The notes below the pieces were generated by a model. It was not told where the DNA came from. It did no database searches and worked only from the letters and a program-made list of their open reading frames with translations. Below, one piece after another: positions 49,504-54,723 of a DNA stretch of 54,723 nucleotides. How positions within the stretch are numbered: position 1 is the stretch's first letter; each line of letters opens with the position of its first letter. Source of the DNA: Gemmatimonadota bacterium (GTDB lineage Bacteria > Gemmatimonadota > Gemmatimonadetes > Palauibacterales > Palauibacteraceae). The position numbers and the translations under genes were made by a program. Location of the stretch: assembly GCA_033720355.1 (NCBI GenBank), contig JAWWCR010000003.1, positions 1-54,723 of the forward strand. Reading direction: 5' to 3'.

Positions 49504-50486
49504 GCCCCGAAGAGACGGTCCACCGGCTCGAAGTCGAGACGCCCACGACGGCGCGGCTCGACCGCTACCTGACCGAGTCGCTCCCCCTCAGCCGTACGGC
49601 CGTCGCGGCGCTCATCGCGGAAGGCCGCGTCCTCGTCAACGACGCGCGCGCGAAGAAGCGCTACGTGCCGCAGCCGGGCGACGTGATCGAGGCCCGCGTC
49701 CCCGTGCCGCGCGAGACGGCGCTCGAGCCCGAGGACATCGAGATCGCGATCCGGCACGACGACCCGCACCTCGCCGTCGTCGAGAAGCCGGCCGGTCTCG
49801 TCGTCCACCCGGCGCCCGGACACCCCTCGGGCACGCTCGTGAACGCGCTCCTCCACCACCTCGACCGCCTGTCGGCCGTCGGGGGAGACACGCGTCCCGG
49901 TATCGTCCACCGGCTGGACCGCGACACCAGCGGGCTCATGGTCGTGGCGAAGACCGACGAGACCCACCGGGCGCTGGCGAAGCTGCTCGCGGCCCGCGAG
50001 ATCGGCCGCGGGTACATCACCGCGGTGTGGGGGCACCTCGATGAGGACCGGACGACCATTGATCGGCCCATCGGTCGCGACCCGCGCGACCGCAAGCGGA
50101 TGGCCGTCGTCGAGGGCGGACGCCGGGCGGTGACGCACGTGAAGCTGCTCGAGCGCTGGGTGGCGGCGGATCTGCTCGCGATCCGGCTCGAGACCGGTCG
50201 CACGCACCAGGTACGCGTGCACATGCAGTCGACCGGTCACCCGGTGGTGGCCGACCCGATCTACTCCCCGGGGTGGGAGAAGGGGTTCGCCGGGGCCGGC
50301 GCGCGCTGGGCGGGCGAGCTGGCCGCGCGTGCCGGGCGGCTCTTCCTGCACGCGGCCCACCTGTCGTTCACGCATCCCGAGACGGGGGCGAAGCTGTCGT
50401 TCTCGTCCGATCTGCCCCCCGACCTCGCGGGCGCCCTCGAGTGGGCGCGCGAGACCTCGCGCCCCGACCCGGACCCGGAGGCCTGA
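49500..50486 (+). CDS. rluD: 23S rRNA pseudouridine synthase RluD family; probable CTG start
   Basis: S4 domain (RLDRYLTESLP.SRTAVAALIAEGRVLVN) and catalytic HRLDRDTSGLMVVAKT. There is no ATG/GTG/TTG in frame for at least 240 nt (80 codons checked) upstream of the S4 domain. CTG 49500 forms a CTGA overlap with the lspA stop. Confidence 0.8.
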   Translation: MSPEETVHRLEVETPTTARLDRYLTESLPLSRTAVAALIAEGRVLVNDARAKKRYVPQPGDVIEARVPVPRETALEPEDIEIAIRHDDPHLAVVEKPAGLVVHPAPGHPSGTLVNALLHHLDRLSAVGGDTRPGIVHRLDRDTSGLMVVAKTDETHRALAKLLAAREIGRGYITAVWGHLDEDRTTIDRPIGRDPRDRKRMAVVEGGRRAVTHVKLLERWVAADLLAIRLETGRTHQVRVHMQSTGHPVVADPIYSPGWEKGFAGAGARWAGELAARAGRLFLHAAHLSFTHPETGAKLSFSSDLPPDLAGALEWARETSRPDPDPEA

Positions 50487-50626
50487 CGGCGCCCGACGGG
50501 CATCCTGGTGCCCTGCCGACGGGCGCGTGGCAACCCGAGACACCTCCCGCCCTGTCGAACCTTGAGACGGGTGAGCCGGGCCGACGCGGCGACCGAAACA
50601 GGCCCGACGGCCCGAACGTTCTTCAG

Positions 50627-51406
50627 ATGGAGGGCGAGACCGGCACGACGACCGACCACGGTAGATCCCTGTCGTACCTGGAGATGCATGTGGACATAGA
50701 TGACGTTCGACCTGCGGAGCAACGTCGGGCCTGCGAGCTCGACACCACACTTCTCGAGAACGATCCCGCGCCCGGGGCCTCCCGACCCCCCGTCTGGCAG
50801 CCGCGGCCGCACTTCGTGTTCAACGCGCTCAACGCGGTCTCCCAGCTCGCCTGTGCGGGCGACTCGACGGGGGCCGTCGCGTGCGTGACAGTGCTCGGCG
50901 ACATGTTCCAGCGGTCGCTCGAGAGCGGCGGCCGCCGGGTCGCCCTCGGCGAGGAGCTCGCGTTCGTGCCGCGGTACCTGCGGGTCGAGGAGGCGCGGTA
51001 TCGCCGACCCTTCCCCGTTGCCGTGGAGTCGGACGCGGGGCTCGAGCGCGCCCTCGTGCCCGTGTTCGTCCTCCAGCCGGCCGTCGAGGATGTCGTCCGG
51101 CACGTGGTGGCCGACGACCTCGCCTGCTTGAGCCTCTCGGTGCGTGCCCGTGCCCGCGAGGGCGTGCTGGACGTCGAGGTGAGGGCCACCGGGCTCGCCG
51201 GCCGGGCGCCCGCGACCGTCGCGATCGGGGACCCGGGGCTGCGCGATCTGCGCAGGTGGCTCGACCGCGAGTACCGCGGCGCGTCACCGGCTGCCATGCT
51301 CGTGCGCGCCCCCGACGGGGTCGCCGCGCGAATGTGGGTTCCGCTCGAGTTTCCGGCGCGTCACGCCGGGGCGAAGACGTCCGCGGCCGCCCGTACCGGC
51401 TGTTGA
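50627..51406 (+). CDS. LytS/YehU-family histidine kinase core without a transmembrane or sensor domain
   Basis: H-box QPRPHFVFNALNAV (His_kinase PF06580-type), then a HATPase-like region VLQPAVEDVVRHV...VEVRATGLAG...GDPGL. No hydrophobic segment long enough for a TM helix. Start uncertain: 50627, 50684 or 50690. Confidence 0.65.
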   Translation: MEGETGTTTDHGRSLSYLEMHVDIDDVRPAEQRRACELDTTLLENDPAPGASRPPVWQPRPHFVFNALNAVSQLACAGDSTGAVACVTVLGDMFQRSLESGGRRVALGEELAFVPRYLRVEEARYRRPFPVAVESDAGLERALVPVFVLQPAVEDVVRHVVADDLACLSLSVRARAREGVLDVEVRATGLAGRAPATVAIGDPGLRDLRRWLDREYRGASPAAMLVRAPDGVAARMWVPLEFPARHAGAKTSAAARTGC

Positions 51407-51415
51407 AGCGGCGTC

Positions 51416-52264
51416 GTGATCGATGTACCCCGGGACGGCCCGAACGGCCGTCCGATACGGACGCTCATCGTCGACGATGAGCCGCTCGCCCGGACACGAA
51501 TCCGGGCGTTGCTCGAGACGGACGCCGAGATCGAGGTGGTGGGCGAGTGCGCCGATGGCGAGGAAGCCGTGGCCGCGATCCTCGACGCGCGGCCCGACCT
51601 GCTCTTTCTCGACGTCGAGATGCCGCGGAAGGACGGGTTCGCCGTCCTGGGCGAGCTTTCGGGAGACGAGATCCCATTCGTCGTGTTCGTCACGGCGTAC
51701 GACGAGTATGCCATCCGCGCCTTCGACGTACACGCGATCGACTACCTGCTGAAGCCCTACGAAGACGAGCGGTTTCGCGCGGCGCTCTCGCGCGCGAAGA
51801 CCGAGGCGGGGCACCGGCGCGACAGCGAGTTCGCCGGCCGCGTCGCCGAGATGTTGCGGGCGCGCGAGGTCGGACCGGGGACGGGTAGCGACGAGGAGCC
51901 CGACCGGGTCGACGGCGATGCGGACGGACGGCTCGAGCGTCTGGTGGTGAAGCGCGCCGGCCGGGTGCGCTTCGTCGACGTCGACTCGATCGACTGGCTC
52001 GAGGCCGCCGACTACTACGTCCGCGTGCACGTCGGGGAGACGTCGCACCTCGTCCGTACCACCATGAAACAGCTCGAGGCCGACCTCGACCCGACCCGCT
52101 TCGTCCGCATCCACCGGTCGACGATCGTGCGGGTCGGCTTCATCCGCGAGCTCGAGCCGTACTTCGGGGGAGAGTACGTGGTCGTCCTCGCCGACGGGAC
52201 TCGCCGCTCGCTCAGCCGCTCTCGCCGCAAGAGGCTCGAAAAGGCCCTGGGCCAGCGCCTCTGA
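51416..52264 (+). CDS. LytR/AlgR family response regulator (receiver + LytTR DNA-binding domain)
   Basis: Receiver TLIVDDEP...LLFLDVEMPRKDG...VFVTAYDEYA. LytTR domain ..IDWLEAADYYVRVHV...LVRTTMKQLE..L....FVRIHRS.IV. Confidence 0.9.
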   Translation: MIDVPRDGPNGRPIRTLIVDDEPLARTRIRALLETDAEIEVVGECADGEEAVAAILDARPDLLFLDVEMPRKDGFAVLGELSGDEIPFVVFVTAYDEYAIRAFDVHAIDYLLKPYEDERFRAALSRAKTEAGHRRDSEFAGRVAEMLRAREVGPGTGSDEEPDRVDGDADGRLERLVVKRAGRVRFVDVDSIDWLEAADYYVRVHVGETSHLVRTTMKQLEADLDPTRFVRIHRSTIVRVGFIRELEPYFGGEYVVVLADGTRRSLSRSRRKRLEKALGQRL

Positions 52265-52428
52265 GCCGTGTGCGCCGGCGCTCGCCGCCGCAGCCGGCCG
52301 CTCCCTGCACCGATCGCCCCGTCCGCCGCGGCGGGCCGGCCCCCTTGACGACCCCGCCTCCAGAATGAAGGCGAGGTGATCCGCTCGATGTGGATCCCCG
52401 TGCGCATTCGACAGGAGGAGGTGGCCCA

Positions 52429-54723
52429 ATGCGGTCAATATCGTCAGGGAGAAGATGGCTGAAGAGGAGCACGCTCGCCCTCGCCGCCGCCGTCGCGTTC
52501 GTGACCCCCGTCGCTCTCGCGGCGCAGCAGCAGACCGGTGCGGTGCTCGGACGGGTGACGGACGAGACGGGGACGCGGGGGATCGAGGGCGCCCAGGTGA
52601 TCATCGTCGGGACGGGGTACGGCGACCTGACCGACGCGCAGGGGAACTACCGTATCGACAACGTCCCGGCCGGCGACGTGCAGGTGCGGGTGCGCTTCCT
52701 CGGCTATCAGGAGACGACGACGCCCGCGACGGTCGTGGTCGGCCAGTCGGTCACCGTCGACTTCGCGCTCGCGCTCGCGCCCGTCGGCGTCGACGAGCTC
52801 GTCGTGACCGCCGTGGGAGACCAGCGCAAACGCGAGCTCGCCAACTCGGTGGCCCGCATCGACGCGACCCAGGTCGTCGAGGAGACGCCGCTCACCGACT
52901 TCGCGGATCTGTTGACGGGTCGCGCGGCCGGCGTGCAGGTGCTGTCGAGCAGCGGGACGACCGGGGCGGGCAGCCGCATCCGCATCCGCGGCTCGTCGAG
53001 CGTGTCGCTCGCCAATGAGCCGCTCGTCTATATCGACGGCGCACGCGTGACGACGGACGCCTCGGACGCGTTCCAGAACCTCACGGGAGGCCAGACTCCC
53101 TCGAGGCTGGACGACATCAACCCCGACGACATCGAGTCGATCGAGATCGTCCGCGGACCCTCCGCCTCGACCCTGTACGGGACCGAGGCGGCCAACGGCG
53201 TCGTCCGCATCACCACCAAGCAGGGGGCGACGGGTGCCGCTACGGAATGGCGGTTCCGTGCCGAGGGCGGGGTGATCAACGACCACAACGACTATCCCGC
53301 GAACTACCAGGGCGTCGACGCCGACGGCGACCCGTGCGACCTGATCGCCGTGTCGGCCGGCAACTGCGTCCAGAGCGAGGTGCGGAGCGCGAACCTGCTG
53401 CTCGACGACGAGACGAGCCCGTTCGAGACGGGCGATCGCCAGCAGTTCGGTGGCAGCGTGTCGGGCGGAAGCGACCTCGTCGACTTCTTCGTCTCGGGGG
53501 AGTACGAGAACGAAGACGGCGTTCTGCCGCAGAACGATCTCCAGCGGGTGAACCTGCGCGCCAACGTGGGCGCGTCGGTCCGCCCGGATCTCGATCTGCG
53601 TGTCTCGACCGGGTATGTGTCGAGCGACCTCACCCTCCCGCAGAACGACAACAACACGCTCGGTTTCCACCTGAACGGTCTGTTCGGCGGCGTCGAGCCC
53701 GACAGCTGGTTCGCCTTCAGTCCCGAGGATCTCGAGAACATCGTGGTCGACTCGGACATCGAGCGGTTCACGGGGAGCGCGTCGGCCAACTGGAATCCGC
53801 TCGGCTGGCTCAACGTGCGCGGCGCGGGCGGCATCGACGTGTCGAACCGCGAGGACGCCAACTTCTTCCCGACGGGGGCGATCCAGGCGTTCGGTCTCGA
53901 GACGGGTCTCCGTATCGACGACCGGTTCCAGAGTCTCAACTACACGGGCGACTTCTCGGCCACGGCCAGCGCCGACCCCAACGAGTGGCTCAACTCGCAG
54001 ACCTCGGTCGGGCTCCAGTTCTTCCAGCAGCGCGTGGAAGGCACGTCGAGCCAGGGCGAGGATCTGCCCGCAGGCTCGAACTCGATCGGCACCGCCGCCG
54101 TGACCGAGGCGACCGAGGAGACCATCGAGTCGCGGACCCTGGGGCTGTTCGTACAGCAGCAGTTCGGCTTCAACGACCGCGTCTTCCTGACGGCGGCCGT
54201 TCGTGGCGACGACAACAGCACGTTCGGCGAGGACTTCGACGTCGTCATCTACCCGAAGGTCGGCGCGTCGTGGGTGCTCAGCGAGGAGTCGTTCTTCCCC
54301 GAGGCGAGCTGGCTCAGCTCGCTGCGTCTGCGCGGCGCGTGGGGCGCTTCGGGCAACCAGCCCGGCGTGACCGACGCGATCCGGTTCCTGCGCGGGGTCC
54401 CCGCGACGGCTCCGGACGGCGTGGATGTGATCGGCGTGACGTTCACGCCGACGCCCGGCGGCGCGGCGGCGCTCCAGGGCGGGCTCGGCAACCCCGACCT
54501 GAAGCCCGAGCGCTCGACCGAGCTCGAGATCGGTTTCGACGCCGACATGCTCGGCCAGCGTCTCGGTCTGGACGTCACGCTCTACGACAAGCGCACCGAG
54601 GACGCGCTGGTCTTCCGCAACCTCGCGCCGTCGCTCGGCGTCGTGACGGGCCGGTTCGAGAACATCGGCGACACGCGGAACCGCGGGATCGAGGCGGCGA
54701 TCAACGCCATCCCGGTCAGGGGT
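52429..54723 (+). CDS. SusC/RagA-like TonB-dependent outer membrane receptor (3' end lies outside the window)
   Basis: Not in the ORF track because frame 1 stays open to the window end. SD AGGAGG, ATG 52429, signal peptide ..ALAAAVAFVTPVALAAQQ. Carboxypeptidase-regulatory-like domain (G.V.D..G..I.GA.V...GT......D..G.Y.I.NVPAG). Plug with IESIEIVRGPSASTLYGTEAANGVVRITTKQG. Barrel motif LRLRGAWGASGNQPG. Confidence 0.9.
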   Translation, partial: MRSISSGRRWLKRSTLALAAAVAFVTPVALAAQQQTGAVLGRVTDETGTRGIEGAQVIIVGTGYGDLTDAQGNYRIDNVPAGDVQVRVRFLGYQETTTPATVVVGQSVTVDFALALAPVGVDELVVTAVGDQRKRELANSVARIDATQVVEETPLTDFADLLTGRAAGVQVLSSSGTTGAGSRIRIRGSSSVSLANEPLVYIDGARVTTDASDAFQNLTGGQTPSRLDDINPDDIESIEIVRGPSASTLYGTEAANGVVRITTKQGATGAATEWRFRAEGGVINDHNDYPANYQGVDADGDPCDLIAVSAGNCVQSEVRSANLLLDDETSPFETGDRQQFGGSVSGGSDLVDFFVSGEYENEDGVLPQNDLQRVNLRANVGASVRPDLDLRVSTGYVSSDLTLPQNDNNTLGFHLNGLFGGVEPDSWFAFSPEDLENIVVDSDIERFTGSASANWNPLGWLNVRGAGGIDVSNREDANFFPTGAIQAFGLETGLRIDDRFQSLNYTGDFSATASADPNEWLNSQTSVGLQFFQQRVEGTSSQGEDLPAGSNSIGTAAVTEATEETIESRTLGLFVQQQFGFNDRVFLTAAVRGDDNSTFGEDFDVVIYPKVGASWVLSEESFFPEASWLSSLRLRGAWGASGNQPGVTDAIRFLRGVPATAPDGVDVIGVTFTPTPGGAAALQGGLGNPDLKPERSTELEIGFDADMLGQRLGLDVTLYDKRTEDALVFRNLAPSLGVVTGRFENIGDTRNRGIEAAINAIPVRG

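Noticed and set aside
52265-52428. LytTR-type direct repeats upstream of the SusC-like receptor gene
   Set aside because: Only a weak GATCC...GATCC repeat (about 52378-52405) is visible. It is not convincing as a paired 9-bp LytTR site.

Overview
A 54.7 kb, very GC-rich bacterial chromosomal window with strong third-codon-position G+C bias. That bias was my main guide for choosing the true frame among many long shadow ORFs. The content is almost entirely core housekeeping. About 57 protein genes are tightly packed into conserved syntenic blocks. In order: smc (5' partial), an MBL-fold hydrolase, aroF, yraN, SRP RNA-dnaX-ybaB-recR, pgsA-cinA(C-domain), grpE-dnaJ, mnmA and a NifS/IscS-type cysteine desulfurase (minus strand), and a small HIRAN-like protein. 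A long minus-strand block follows: creatininase-family protein, secreted unknown, Yip1-like protein, MacA adaptor, ABC ATPase, two FtsX-type permeases, a BshB1/LmbE-family deacetylase and a PepSY-TM protein. Then come comM, trpG/pabA, thpR, a membrane-anchored unknown, an aldehyde dehydrogenase, lepB, a sigma-70 factor, rplM-rpsI-rpsB-tsf-pyrH-frr, tilS-hpt-ftsH-folP-cdaA, exbB-exbD-exbD-tonB-tonB, and yggS-divIVA-ileS-dksA-like-lspA-rluD. The window ends with a LytS-type histidine kinase, a LytTR response regulator and a SusC-like TonB-dependent receptor that runs off the 3' end. The only RNA gene I can support is a 4.5S-type SRP RNA with its own sigma-70-like promoter. I see no CRISPR array, transposase, integrase, prophage or recognisable defence or toxin system. 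The gene mix (TonB/ExbBD, SusC-like receptor, bacillithiol-type deacetylase, DivIVA, very high GC) suggests a Gemmatimonadota-like diderm, but that is inference only. I did not find a clear novel multi-gene system. The observations most worth a second look are: (1) three conserved genes (pgsA, rluD, yraN) whose conserved N-termini lie upstream of any ATG/GTG/TTG, pointing to CTG or other near-cognate initiation; (2) an intrinsic terminator 18 nt before the rplM start codon with a promoter-like element upstream, which may be an r-protein attenuator; (3) an LmbE/BshB1-family enzyme fused into a MacAB-type exporter operon; and (4) a transmembrane-less LytS-family kinase with degenerate-looking ATP-binding boxes, paired with a LytTR regulator next to a SusC-like receptor.
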